Source: an alpha proteobacterium MED-G09 (lineage in GTDB: Bacteria > Pseudomonadota > Alphaproteobacteria > MED-G09). Taken from it: a DNA stretch of 64,000 nucleotides. The DNA is taken from NCBI GenBank assembly GCA_905182015.1, contig CAJIZT010000009.1:6469-70468 (forward strand), written 5' to 3'. This document shows, in pieces, positions 19,278 through 28,907 of the stretch (position 1 is the first letter of the stretch; each line of letters begins with the position of its first letter). A model generated the notes under the pieces. The model was not told where the DNA came from. It saw nothing but the letters and a program-made list of their open reading frames with translations, and searched no databases. The position numbers were made by a program, and so were the translations under genes.

Positions 19278-20058
19278 ATCATCATCTGAGCACCGACAAG
19301 TAAAGGATAGCGTAATAAAGGCTGGAGTTATTGCTCTAGAATGGTTCAAAAAAGACCCAGAGTACTGGGAAAAAGATGACGGTAGTCTAATTTCAAAAGC
19401 AGATATTGAAATCAACAATCTACTCAATGAACTTCTGAAAAAACAAAACCCTAACTTTGGTTGGCTTTCTGAAGAAAACGAAGATGATAGATCGAGACTG
19501 GAAAAAGAAATTACATTTGTTGTTGATCCTCTTGATGGAACAAAAGCTTTCCTAGAAGGGAAAAAAGAGTTTTCTATATCAGTTGCATTAGTAAAAAATG
19601 GGAAACCTATTTCTGGAATAGTTTATAGCCCCTCAACAGAAGAAATGTTCGAGGCAGAAAAAGAAAAGGGCTCTTGGAAGAACAAAAAAAGAATACGGAT
19701 TTCTAATTTTAAAACATTAGCTGGGTGCAAAATTTTGGCATTTAAACCAATGTTTAGTCATCCATCATGGGATGAGAAATGGCCAGAGATGGAAGTCGAT
19801 AATAAAAATTCCATAGCATACAGAATGGCCTTGGTCGCATCTGGTCAATTTGATGCAATGATGGCTTTGAATTCTAAAAATGACTGGGATATTGCCGCTG
19901 GTGATCTCTTGATTACAGAATCAGGTGGTTTTGTAACTTTACATAATAAAAATCAATTACATTACAACGAGCTATCAACAAAAAAACCTTCTATTATTGG
20001 GTCCAATAAAACGATTCATAAAGAGATTATTGGTAGAGTTAAGAAATTAGAGCTCTAG
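19264..20058 (+). CDS. inositol monophosphatase family protein (CysQ-like 3'(2'),5'-bisphosphate nucleotidase)
   Basis: WLSEE..D, VVDPLDGTKAF and WDIAAG motifs. The TTG start overlaps pmbA by 14 nt, and there is no in-frame ATG nearby. Confidence 0.8.
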   Translation: MPEFKSSSEHRQVKDSVIKAGVIALEWFKKDPEYWEKDDGSLISKADIEINNLLNELLKKQNPNFGWLSEENEDDRSRLEKEITFVVDPLDGTKAFLEGKKEFSISVALVKNGKPISGIVYSPSTEEMFEAEKEKGSWKNKKRIRISNFKTLAGCKILAFKPMFSHPSWDEKWPEMEVDNKNSIAYRMALVASGQFDAMMALNSKNDWDIAAGDLLITESGGFVTLHNKNQLHYNELSTKKPSIIGSNKTIHKEIIGRVKKLEL

Positions 20059-20114
20059 AAAAAAAAATTTTTTTAGTATAGAGATTACACAGTATAGTTA
20101 GGTAATATTATTTT

Positions 20115-20867
20115 ATGAAACACATTTTTATAATATTAAAGGTTTTTTTCATATTTTTTTTTACCAGCCCAAGTTCTTTGGCTGATGAAAAAAATCATGA
20201 TTACGAAAAAATTAATAGGTCAATTCACACCTTCAATGATGTGATTGATCAAAGTATTTTACGCCCCACCTCTGAGGTATATAGCATATTACCAGACTTC
20301 ATTGAGCTTGGGGTTTTAAATGTTATTTCAAACTTCAATGAACCGTCAAATTTTATGAATCATATACTTCAAGGAGAAATTAAATCTGGCATCTCCTCTC
20401 TAGGAAGATTAGCGATTAACTCAACTATCGGTATTTTGGGGATCTTTGAAATAGCAGATAAGGCAGGCCTCCAAAAAATACCAAATGATTTTGGTAAAAC
20501 CCTTGCGGTGTGGGGTTTAGGTGAAGGACAATATCTTGTTTTACCTTTTATAGGTCCTAGAACCGCTAGGCACTTTTTTGGAAGTATTATTGATACAGCG
20601 CTTAATCCTGTTAATTATAGACTTCGGGATGAAGGAGGGGTAATAAGCACATCTCCATCAATACTATATGTCTTGTCCACAAGATCAAGAAATGCGAAGA
20701 CTATCGATAACCTTAGAAATACATCAATTGATTATTATTCCAGCATTAAGTCTATTTATCTTCAAGATAGAGGTATAAAAATATCACTCAATATAAGTGA
20801 GGATATTGATATTTTTAATGAAAATTTTGATGAAGATATTGATTTTTACCCAGGAGATAACGAATGA
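20115..20867 (+). CDS. mlaA: MlaA/VacJ family outer-membrane lipoprotein
   Basis: Signal peptide plus the FND..D...LRP....Y..LP......V.N...N...P....N..LQG pattern. Confidence 0.88.
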   Translation: MKHIFIILKVFFIFFFTSPSSLADEKNHDYEKINRSIHTFNDVIDQSILRPTSEVYSILPDFIELGVLNVISNFNEPSNFMNHILQGEIKSGISSLGRLAINSTIGILGIFEIADKAGLQKIPNDFGKTLAVWGLGEGQYLVLPFIGPRTARHFFGSIIDTALNPVNYRLRDEGGVISTSPSILYVLSTRSRNAKTIDNLRNTSIDYYSSIKSIYLQDRGIKISLNISEDIDIFNENFDEDIDFYPGDNE

Positions 20868-21475
20868 TTAAAAAAAGAAAATTTTATATTAAATTTTTGA
20901 TTATATTATTTTTAGCCTTCTTTAGTTCAGAGCAAGCGTTCACTGAAACTAACAATCCTTCTCAGTGGGTTGAGAATATTGGCAATAAAGCTCTGATAAT
21001 ACTAGAAAAAGACTCCTTGTCTGATGAAGAAAAGACTAATTCTCTTGAAAAAATTTTCATCAGTAATCTTGCTATAAAAAGAATATCTCTTTTTGTTTTA
21101 GGTCCCTACAGAAAAAACTTGGCTCCTTCGGATTCGTTAAGATACTTCGAATCTATAAAAAATTTTATTTCAAAAGTTTATGCTAAACGTCTTTCATTAT
21201 ACCCTTCTGGTATTATTAAGGTTACAAAAATTGAAGACAAGGGTAAGCGAGGTATAATTGTTTCATCCGTAATAACCTTTGATAATCGCCCAGACCCAGT
21301 GTCAATTGATTGGTGGATTATACCCTCCTCAACTTCTTTATATAAAGTTTTTGATATTAGAATATCAGGTATATGGATGGCTCAAGAACAAAGATCTACA
21401 TTTACTAGCTTTTTGAGTAGAAATAATGGAAAAATAAGTAATTTAATAGAAAAAATAGAATTACAATTACAATAA
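20864..21475 (+). CDS. mlaC: MlaC/Ttg2D family periplasmic phospholipid-binding protein
   Basis: Signal peptide. The length and patterns (..R....VLG..... and W.V.D....G.....E.RS.F) are typical. It overlaps mlaA by 4 nt. Confidence 0.8.
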   Translation: MIKKRKFYIKFLIILFLAFFSSEQAFTETNNPSQWVENIGNKALIILEKDSLSDEEKTNSLEKIFISNLAIKRISLFVLGPYRKNLAPSDSLRYFESIKNFISKVYAKRLSLYPSGIIKVTKIEDKGKRGIIVSSVITFDNRPDPVSIDWWIIPSSTSLYKVFDIRISGIWMAQEQRSTFTSFLSRNNGKISNLIEKIELQLQ

Positions 21476-21476
21476 C

Positions 21477-23132
21477 CTACCGTGAGAATTTTTTATATTT
21501 TATTCTACTTGGAATATCCGAAACATCACCATACCGTCTCTTATAATCCAAAAGATAATCTGAATAATTTCCTTCAAACCATTCAACATGGCTATTGCCT
21601 TCAAACGCCAATATATGAGTAGCCATACGGTCTAAAAACCACCTATCATGACTAATTATAAGAGCGCTTCCTGAGAATTTTTCCAGGGCATACTCGAGAG
21701 CATGTAATGTTTCAACATCAAGATCGTTTGTTGGTTCATCTAGCAACAACAAATTGGCGCCTGATTTTAAAACTTTCGCTAAATGAACTCTATTACGTTC
21801 ACCGCCGGATAATTGGCCCACTACTTTTTGTTGATCACTTCCTTTAAAATTAAAAGCGCTAACATAGGCACGAGAGTTAATGATAGTTGAATTAACGTCA
21901 ATTATATCATTACCCTCTGAAATTTCTTCCCATACTGTTTTATTTCCCTCCAAGGTGTCTCTTGACTGGTCCACATATCCCATAACAACAGTATCGCCAA
22001 TTTTAATTTCGCCGGAATCTGATGTTTCATCGCCAGATAGCATTTTAAACAATGTTGACTTTCCAGCGCCATTTGCTCCTATTATTCCAACAATACCTCC
22101 TGGAGGTAAGCGGAAATTAACATTTTCAACAATTAAATTATCTTCATATGATTTAGAAACACTATCAACATCTAAAACAACATCTCCAAGTCTAGGAGCT
22201 TTCGGAATAATAATTTGTGGCTCGCCTGTACTTTCCGTTACCTCACTATCCTTAAGGTCTTGATAGCTTCTTATTCTTGCTTTAGATTTTGCTTGCCTAG
22301 CCTTTGGTGATGCCGAAATCCAGTCTAGTTCACTACTTAACCTTCTTAACCTTGAGTTATCTTGCTTACTCTCTAGTTCAATTCTTTTTTGTTTTTGTTT
22401 TAGCCATGCGGTGTAGTTTCCTTCATAGGGTATACCTTTTCCTCGGTCAATCTCTAGGATCCATTCTGTAATGTTATTAAGAAAATATCTATCATGAGTA
22501 ATAAGTATAATAGTTCCATTGTAGGACTTAAGGTAGTTCTCTAGCCAAGCAACTGTTTCAGCATCAAGATGATTTGTCGGTTCGTCTAGAAGTAAAATAT
22601 CGGGGTGCTGTAATAATAGCTGGCAGATTGCTATTCGTCTCTTTTCTCCCCCTGATAAATTAACAACACTTTTTTCTGATTCTGGACACCTTAACGCTTC
22701 TAATGCTTGATTTACTTTAGAATCTAAGTCCCACAAATCTTTACTCTCTATTTCATTTTGGAGTTCTGCGAGCTCATCAGCATTTTCATCGGAATAATTA
22801 ACCGCCAACTCATTGTATCTATTCAACAAATCCTTCTGAAACTTTAGACCCAAGGTAACGTTTTCATAAACATTCTTAGAATCATCAAGAGCAGGTTCTT
22901 GAGGCAAATAACCTATGCTAACACCTTCGGCCGCCCAAGCTTCACCGGTATAATCTTTTTCTTCACCAGCCATTATTTTTAAAAAAGTAGATTTACCAGA
23001 ACCATTGACGCCCACAACTCCTATTTTAGCGTTAGGAAGGAAAGACAAGCTAATATCGGAGAATAAATCTTTTCCACCCGGCCAGGATTTCGATAAATGA
23101 TCTATTACATATGTGTATTGATAACTAGGCAT
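21477..23132 (-). CDS. ettA: energy-dependent translational throttle protein EttA (ABC-F ATPase)
   Basis: Two ABC cassettes (GVNGSGKST/LSGGEKRR and GANGAGKST/LSGGERNR). The length is 551 aa and the N-terminus is MPSYQYTYV..L.K..P. Confidence 0.92.
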   Translation of the reverse strand: MPSYQYTYVIDHLSKSWPGGKDLFSDISLSFLPNAKIGVVGVNGSGKSTFLKIMAGEEKDYTGEAWAAEGVSIGYLPQEPALDDSKNVYENVTLGLKFQKDLLNRYNELAVNYSDENADELAELQNEIESKDLWDLDSKVNQALEALRCPESEKSVVNLSGGEKRRIAICQLLLQHPDILLLDEPTNHLDAETVAWLENYLKSYNGTIILITHDRYFLNNITEWILEIDRGKGIPYEGNYTAWLKQKQKRIELESKQDNSRLRRLSSELDWISASPKARQAKSKARIRSYQDLKDSEVTESTGEPQIIIPKAPRLGDVVLDVDSVSKSYEDNLIVENVNFRLPPGGIVGIIGANGAGKSTLFKMLSGDETSDSGEIKIGDTVVMGYVDQSRDTLEGNKTVWEEISEGNDIIDVNSTIINSRAYVSAFNFKGSDQQKVVGQLSGGERNRVHLAKVLKSGANLLLLDEPTNDLDVETLHALEYALEKFSGSALIISHDRWFLDRMATHILAFEGNSHVEWFEGNYSDYLLDYKRRYGDVSDIPSRIKYKKFSR

Positions 23133-23162
23133 TAATTTTTAATTTCTCTCAAGTATGCTGAC

Positions 23163-23239
23163 TGGTGGGCCCGGCAGGACTCGAACCTGCGACCAAACCG
23201 TTATGAGCGGTTTGCTCTAACCAACTGAGCTACGGGCCC
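23163..23239 (-). tRNA. tRNA with CAU anticodon (elongator Met or lysidine-modified Ile2), CCA encoded
   Basis: The reverse complement GGGCCCGTAGCTCAGTTGGTTAGAGCAAACCGCTCATAACGGTTTGGTCGCAGGTTCGAGTCCTGCCGGGCCCACCA folds as a cloverleaf: acceptor GGGCCCG/CGGGCCC, D arm GCTC/GAGC, anticodon stem AACCG/CGGTT with loop CTCATAA, and T arm GCAGG/CCTGC. The G1:C72 pair excludes an initiator tRNA. Confidence 0.93.
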
Positions 23240-23258
23240 ATTTAAAAAATACTACTAT

Positions 23259-25184
23259 CTAACTATCAAGAAAGCTCCGAAGTTTTTTTGATCTAGTGGG
23301 ATGCTTTAATTTTCGTAATGCTTTTGCTTCTATCTGCCTTATTCTCTCTCTAGTCACTGAAAATTGTTGGCCAACCTCTTCTAAAGTGTGATCTGTATTC
23401 ATTCCAATTCCAAATCGCATTCTTAGAACCCTCTCTTCTCTAGGAGTTAACATTGCTAACACTTTTGTTGTTGTTTCCCTTAAGTTAGATTGAACCGCGG
23501 CGTCCACAGGCAATAGAACATTTTTATCTTCGATGAAGTCACCCAAATAACTATCCTCTTCATCGCCAATGGGAGTTTCTAACGAAATAGGTTCTTTTGC
23601 AATTTTCAAAACCTTTCTAACCTTGTCTAAAGGCATTTTTAATTTCTCAGATAACTCCTCAGGAGTAGGCTCCCTTCCTATCTCATGCAAAAGTTGTCGG
23701 GAAGTTCTAACCAGCTTATTTATAGTTTCTATCATGTGAACAGGTATACGTATTGTTCTCGCCTGATCTGCGATAGATCTAGTTATAGCCTGTCTTATCC
23801 ACCAAGTAGCATAGGTCGAAAACTTATAACCCCTCCTATACTCAAACTTATCTACTGCCTTCATAAGGCCAATGTTCCCTTCCTGAATAAGATCAAGAAA
23901 TTGTAAGCCTCTGTTTGTATATTTTTTTGCAATGGAAATAACCAGCCTTAGATTTGCCTCAACCATTTCTTTTTTTGCTACTGCCGCTTCTCGCTCACCC
24001 TTTTGAACCTTCAGTACAATTTTACGGAAATCTCCTATTTCTAAACCAGTCTCTTCAGATAACTCAACTATTTCGTTTAAAAGGCCTTTTATATCTTTTC
24101 TATTTTCTTGAACAAAAGGTTTCCATCCTTTGCGTTTCAATCTAACTATTCTGCTTACCCAGCCTGCATCAAGTTCATTTCCATAATACTCATTTAAAAA
24201 ATCTTCTCTGGAAACACCTGAATTATTTGCTATCTTCCAAATAGATAACTCTGAGCCAACAAGACGCTTATTTATATCGTAAAGGTGATCAAGCAATGAT
24301 TCTATTCTATTGTTATTTAAAAATAATCCCTTCATATGACTCTTTAAAAATTCACTAAATTCATCATACTTCTTAATCTGCAAAGCACTCAAATCGGAAT
24401 TTTTAGATCTTAATATATTTCTCTTATTTTGAAGGGCTCGTAATTTTTTATACTTAAAAGCTATTTCATCGAATACTAAAAAAACTTCAGGCTTGAGGTC
24501 GGCCTCCATAGCCGCTAACGAAACATTATTTTCATACTCATTATAATTATCGTCAGAAGATTCATCATCGTCGGAAGATTCTTCACTTTTGGTAGAATCA
24601 TTTTGATTCTTTTGGGCAATTTTATTCTTACCTTCAGGGCCAGCATAGGATGTCTCTAAGTCAATAATGTCCCTTAGGAGAACTTGACCTTCATTTAATT
24701 CATCCCTCCAAATAATAATTGCTTGAAAAGTTAAGGGACTCTCGCAAAGCCCACTTATCATAGCCTCTTTACCTGCCTCGATACGTTTTGCTATAGCAAT
24801 TTCACCCTCTCTAGACAACAGATCTACAGAACCCATCTCCCTCAAGTACATTCTTACTGGATCATCAGTTCTATCTGTGGAAGTAGCTTTAACAGGCTTT
24901 TCATCTGCCTTTTCATCTGCCTTTTCAGCAACGGCACCATCGTCTTGGTCCTCGCTTTCTACAACAGAAATACCCATTTCAGACAAAAGAGACATGAGGT
25001 CTTCAATTTGTTCAGAGGTATATTTTTCAGATTTGATAACTTTATTTAAATCTTTATAATTTACAAAACCCTCTGCCTTGGCGGCTTTTATCATCTTTTT
25101 TACAGAAGTATTTGAAACATCAGATATTGAAAGTTCTTGAGATTCAACATCATCTTTTTTTTTATTCGTTTTCTTCTTTGCCAT
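23259..25184 (-). CDS. rpoD: RNA polymerase primary sigma factor (sigma-70)
   Basis: Region 2 to region 4 motifs: [52 protein letters not shown], and [24 protein letters not shown]. Confidence 0.97.
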   Translation of the reverse strand: MAKKKTNKKKDDVESQELSISDVSNTSVKKMIKAAKAEGFVNYKDLNKVIKSEKYTSEQIEDLMSLLSEMGISVVESEDQDDGAVAEKADEKADEKPVKATSTDRTDDPVRMYLREMGSVDLLSREGEIAIAKRIEAGKEAMISGLCESPLTFQAIIIWRDELNEGQVLLRDIIDLETSYAGPEGKNKIAQKNQNDSTKSEESSDDDESSDDNYNEYENNVSLAAMEADLKPEVFLVFDEIAFKYKKLRALQNKRNILRSKNSDLSALQIKKYDEFSEFLKSHMKGLFLNNNRIESLLDHLYDINKRLVGSELSIWKIANNSGVSREDFLNEYYGNELDAGWVSRIVRLKRKGWKPFVQENRKDIKGLLNEIVELSEETGLEIGDFRKIVLKVQKGEREAAVAKKEMVEANLRLVISIAKKYTNRGLQFLDLIQEGNIGLMKAVDKFEYRRGYKFSTYATWWIRQAITRSIADQARTIRIPVHMIETINKLVRTSRQLLHEIGREPTPEELSEKLKMPLDKVRKVLKIAKEPISLETPIGDEEDSYLGDFIEDKNVLLPVDAAVQSNLRETTTKVLAMLTPREERVLRMRFGIGMNTDHTLEEVGQQFSVTRERIRQIEAKALRKLKHPTRSKKLRSFLDS

Positions 25185-27006
25185 ATTTCTCTTCTATCAA
25201 CTTTATTGAGTTATCTTTATTCTTTATAAGCTCAATAAATCGCCTCTCATCATCTTCGTTATCAATTCTATCTATATTATCTTTTATATCTTTTTCAAGA
25301 CTCTTTATATGCTGGTCATCAGACAAAATTTCAAGCCAAAGTTTCTTAATTTCATTAAAATCTTTATTTTTTTGATTTAACCAAAATGTATTAGCAAATT
25401 TTAAATTCTCTTCTGAAAAACTTTTGTAGTTAATTTTTATATAGTCTTTTAGCAGATCAATACCAAGACCGCCATCCTCTTTTTTTCCTAGCATTATAAG
25501 GTTGTTCCTTATTTCCCTTAATCTAGTGTTTTTAAAGCTCGCAGATTCCAAAATTTCAAAAAATTTAATTATAATTTCTGGAAACAGAAGAACGCCAGAA
25601 ACAACAAGGGCCTCAAGATCCGAAGGGAGTTCACCCCCAGAACCTAAGATACTTGTTTTTAATTTGGTAGACGTGATACCTTTTTTAAAAAAATTACCCC
25701 CACCATAGTCATTGCTGTACGAAACAGTCCTAGTCTTATTGTAAAATAGCTCATCTAAGTTTTGTTTAAAGATTAATCCGTAATGCTTTTTTATGCTTGA
25801 ATCTTTAATTAAATTTATTTTTTTTCTTAACTCACTTTCAAAACCAGATCTTCCCTCGGGAGTATTAACTTCTGAAATACCCATACAAGAATCCCAAATT
25901 AAGCTAGTTAACGGAATTGCCTGATCAATTAATTTCTTAAAACTCTCCAACCCATAGTTCTTTATATAATCATCCGGATCAAGGTTACTTGGTAAATTTA
26001 TAAATTTAAGAGATTTATTAGGTTTAATTAACTTAAGGGCTAATTCGCTTACTCTTAAAGACGCAGCCCTTCCAGCCCTATCACCGTCAAAACAAATGAT
26101 TGGGGTATTACTCTCTTTCCATAAAATATTTAACTGACTTTCAGTTATTGCGGTACCTAGAGGGGCTACAGCCTTATTAAACCCCTTTGATGCCAAGCTA
26201 ACGACATCCATATACCCCTCAACCACAATTAAATTATCCCTTTCTTTAATATCTGATCTTATTTTTGAAAAGTTATAAAGAATATTGCCTTTATGAAATA
26301 CGCTTGTTTCAGGCGAATTAAGGTATTTTGGCTGATCCTCTTTCTTAATAACTCTACCTCCAAAACCTACAACTCTTGCCCTTGTGTCTCTAATCGGAAA
26401 AATTATTCGATTACGAAATCTATCGTAATAATTATTGATATTTTTTTCATTTTGGATGACCATGCCCGATAAAATCATAATTTCATGAGAAAACCCCTTA
26501 GATAACAAAAAATTTTCTAGTTGATTACCTTGTGGAGAAAATCCAATATCAAAATCTTTTATAATTTCATCATTAACCCCCCTTTCCCTTAGGTACTTCA
26601 GGGCAAAGAAGTTTCCTGATTCAAATAATTGAGATAAAAAGAAGGATTTTGAAAGATCTAGCACGCTAAAAATTTCTTTGCTTTTATTAAATTTACTCTC
26701 TTCCTCAGGAGATAGACTTTGTAACTGGATACCTGCCTCTTCTGCCAATTTTTCAACTGCTTCAGGGAAACTTAGCCCCCCAACCTCAACTAAGAATGTA
26801 AATATATCACCGTGTTTATTTGTGGAGAAGCAATGATAAAATTGTTTTTCATCGTTAACTGTGAAAGAGGGCGTTCTTTCTTTATTAAAGGGAGAAAGAC
26901 CAACATACTCCTTTCCTTTCTTTTTTAATTGAACCTTTTTTCCAACAACTTGAGAAACAAGAATTCTATCTTTTATTTCATTAAGGATGTTTGTAGAAAA
27001 TTTCAT
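25162..27006 (-). CDS. dnaG: DNA primase
   Basis: Zinc-ribbon region ...[14 protein letters not shown]...YHCFS...GD, and a TOPRIM domain ([15 protein letters not shown]). The 3' end overlaps the rpoD start by 23 nt. Confidence 0.95.
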   Translation of the reverse strand: MKFSTNILNEIKDRILVSQVVGKKVQLKKKGKEYVGLSPFNKERTPSFTVNDEKQFYHCFSTNKHGDIFTFLVEVGGLSFPEAVEKLAEEAGIQLQSLSPEEESKFNKSKEIFSVLDLSKSFFLSQLFESGNFFALKYLRERGVNDEIIKDFDIGFSPQGNQLENFLLSKGFSHEIMILSGMVIQNEKNINNYYDRFRNRIIFPIRDTRARVVGFGGRVIKKEDQPKYLNSPETSVFHKGNILYNFSKIRSDIKERDNLIVVEGYMDVVSLASKGFNKAVAPLGTAITESQLNILWKESNTPIICFDGDRAGRAASLRVSELALKLIKPNKSLKFINLPSNLDPDDYIKNYGLESFKKLIDQAIPLTSLIWDSCMGISEVNTPEGRSGFESELRKKINLIKDSSIKKHYGLIFKQNLDELFYNKTRTVSYSNDYGGGNFFKKGITSTKLKTSILGSGGELPSDLEALVVSGVLLFPEIIIKFFEILESASFKNTRLREIRNNLIMLGKKEDGGLGIDLLKDYIKINYKSFSEENLKFANTFWLNQKNKDFNEIKKLWLEILSDDQHIKSLEKDIKDNIDRIDNEDDERRFIELIKNKDNSIKLIEEKYGKEENE

Positions 27007-27009
27007 TTT

Positions 27010-27468
27010 TTAGCTTTCTAATTTACCTTTAACGACACCTGAAATTTTTCCAAAATCCATTTTTCCTGAATAATTTTCCTTAAGAAAATTCATAACCTTT
27101 CCCATGTCGCGAATTCCATTAGAATCTGTTTCTTTTATAACCTTGCTAATAACCAGGTCAATTTCACTATCATCCATTTGAGCGGGCATATATTTTTGAA
27201 TTATATTAATTTCATCATTTTCTTTTTTTTCTAAATCCCCCCTATTACTAGTACTGTAAATTTCAGCTGATTCTTTTCTTTGTTTAACCATCTTAGAGAG
27301 TAGTTGAATGATCCCAGCCTCATCTAATGATTCTTCACCAGATGAAGTTCTGTTGCTTATTTCAATATTTTTAATCGATGAGGTAATCATCCTAAGGGTT
27401 GAAACAGTTAAGACTTCCTTAGCCTTCATAGCGGTCTTTAAGTCATTTTTAATCAAGTCAAATAACAT
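27010..27468 (-). CDS. yqeY: GatB/YqeY domain-containing protein
   Basis: 152 aa. It shows the L....K.AMK........LR...S..K......ES..IY......DL..KE..E..II..YMP pattern and lies upstream of dnaG. Confidence 0.85.
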   Translation of the reverse strand: MLFDLIKNDLKTAMKAKEVLTVSTLRMITSSIKNIEISNRTSSGEESLDEAGIIQLLSKMVKQRKESAEIYSTSNRGDLEKKENDEINIIQKYMPAQMDDSEIDLVISKVIKETDSNGIRDMGKVMNFLKENYSGKMDFGKISGVVKGKLES

Positions 27469-27528
27469 AATTTACTCCTTCAAAATAAGAAAATAATAAA
27501 ATAGTATGATAGCTAAATATTTAATTTA

Positions 27529-27571
27529 ATCAAATGTATGATTTGATAAAAATTTGCTTTATATCAAATGT
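27529..27571. promoter_or_regulatory. cluster of ATCAAAT(GT) repeats (two direct, one inverted) in the yqeY/carA divergent spacer; candidate operator
   Basis: ATCAAATGT occurs at 27529-27537 and 27563-27571, with the inverted copy ATTTGAT at 27541-27547. ATTTGATA(27541-48)/TATCAAAT(27562-69) is a perfect 8-bp inverted repeat. A TTGACG -35-like hexamer follows at 27576-27581. Confidence 0.25.
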
Positions 27572-27757
27572 TCACTTGACGAATGTTTCTAGTATGAATA
27601 TTTTTCATCAATCTGAACTTACAAAAAATGATTCGTTAATATTAAAGTATTGATGTCTTAAGCGAGGTAGCACTTATCATGATAATAAACATTAATGCCA
27701 ATTGTTTATTAAAATCGTTTTATGAGTTAGCCATACTAAAATGTCGTAGGTATCAAA

Positions 27758-28906
27758 ATGTCTAAGTGGGTCCCCCAGAAACCAACAGGAGCACTTGTAC
27801 TTGCGGATGGAAGGGTCTTTAAGGGATTTGGATGTGGTTTTGTAGGAAGTTCTGTTGGCGAGGTATGTTTTAATACGGCTATGACGGGCTACCAAGAAAT
27901 AATGACAGACCCCTCTTACGCTTCACAGATTATTACATTTACATTTCCTCATATTGGAAACGTCGGAGTAAACTCTCAAGATATCGAAAGTCATCAAAGT
28001 TTAAAAATTAGTGGAGCTATTTTTAGCAGCTCAATAACTTCTCCATCAAATTGGCGCTCAGAAGGAGATTTAAATAACTGGTTAATTGAAAATAAAACTA
28101 CTGCAATATATGGAATTGATACAAGAGAGCTAACAAGCCACATTAGAAAGAATGGCTTTATTAACGGTATAATAATAAACAATCCAGACGGTATTTCAAA
28201 CAAAGAATCGTACTTAAAAGAAGCATCTATCTGGAAGGGAATTAACGGTCAAGATCTTGCAAAAACTGTCTCAACAAAAAATATTTATAATTGGGAGGAG
28301 AAAGAAATTGAGAACCTGAGCAACACAAGTAGGCAAATTAATAAGCATGTAGTTGTTATAGACTATGGCGTTAAGAGTAATATCTTAAGATGTCTTGCAT
28401 CAAGGTTTGATAAAGTAACCGTTGTACCTTGCGAAACTAATGAAAAGAGTATTTTGGAACTTAACCCTGATGGTATTTTTCTCTCTAACGGTCCCGGGGA
28501 TCCTCTAGCAACAGGGCAATACGCCATACAGATAGTAAAAAGTCTAATATCTAAAAATATTCCCATTTTCGGGATTTGCTTAGGTCATCAAATTCTTGCT
28601 CTTGCTCTTGGAGGCAAAACTTTTAAAATGCATCAAGGTCATCATGGCGCAAATCACCCAGTAAAAAACCTTCGGGACGGAAAGGTTGAAATTACATCAA
28701 TGAATCATGGCTTTGCAGTTAAACTTGATTCTCTTCCTTTCGGTGTTATTGAGACGCATAAAAGTCTTTTTGATCAAAGTAATTCTGGATTAATGATTGA
28801 AGGTAAGCCTATTTTTTCAATTCAGCATCACCCAGAGGCATCGCCCGGTCCTTACGATAGTTTTTATCTATTTGATAAATTTCAAAATTTAGTTGGAAGT
28901 CAATAA
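27758..28906 (+). CDS. carA: carbamoyl-phosphate synthase small (glutaminase) subunit
   Basis: Class I GATase motifs GICLGHQ and HHPE, and the N-terminus LVLADG..F.G.G.G..G...GEVCFNT.MTGYQE..TDPSY. Confidence 0.96.
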   Translation: MSKWVPQKPTGALVLADGRVFKGFGCGFVGSSVGEVCFNTAMTGYQEIMTDPSYASQIITFTFPHIGNVGVNSQDIESHQSLKISGAIFSSSITSPSNWRSEGDLNNWLIENKTTAIYGIDTRELTSHIRKNGFINGIIINNPDGISNKESYLKEASIWKGINGQDLAKTVSTKNIYNWEEKEIENLSNTSRQINKHVVVIDYGVKSNILRCLASRFDKVTVVPCETNEKSILELNPDGIFLSNGPGDPLATGQYAIQIVKSLISKNIPIFGICLGHQILALALGGKTFKMHQGHHGANHPVKNLRDGKVEITSMNHGFAVKLDSLPFGVIETHKSLFDQSNSGLMIEGKPIFSIQHHPEASPGPYDSFYLFDKFQNLVGSQ

Positions 28907-28907
28907 A

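Noticed and set aside
23133-23258. The tRNA locus between ettA and rpoD, considered as a possible integration hotspot for a genomic island.
   Set aside because: The flanks are only 30 and 19 nt long and lead directly into core genes. There is no integrase, no direct repeat of the tRNA 3' end, and no compositional change.
24897-24932. An in-frame 12-nt tandem repeat (CTTTTCATCTGC x about 2.5 on the plus strand) in rpoD, encoding [12 protein letters not shown].
   Set aside because: It lies in the poorly conserved acidic linker near the sigma-70 N-terminus, where such low-complexity expansions are common. It shows no sign of being anything but replication slippage, though it may be length-polymorphic.
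27594-27653. A 19-codon ORF (MNIFHQSELTKNDSLILKY) upstream of carA, considered as a possible pyrimidine or arginine attenuation leader peptide.
   Set aside because: It contains no run of regulatory codons (no Arg codons and no U-rich pause or terminator structure follows). It has no Shine-Dalgarno sequence, and its ATG lies inside the best candidate promoter -10 region rather than downstream of it.
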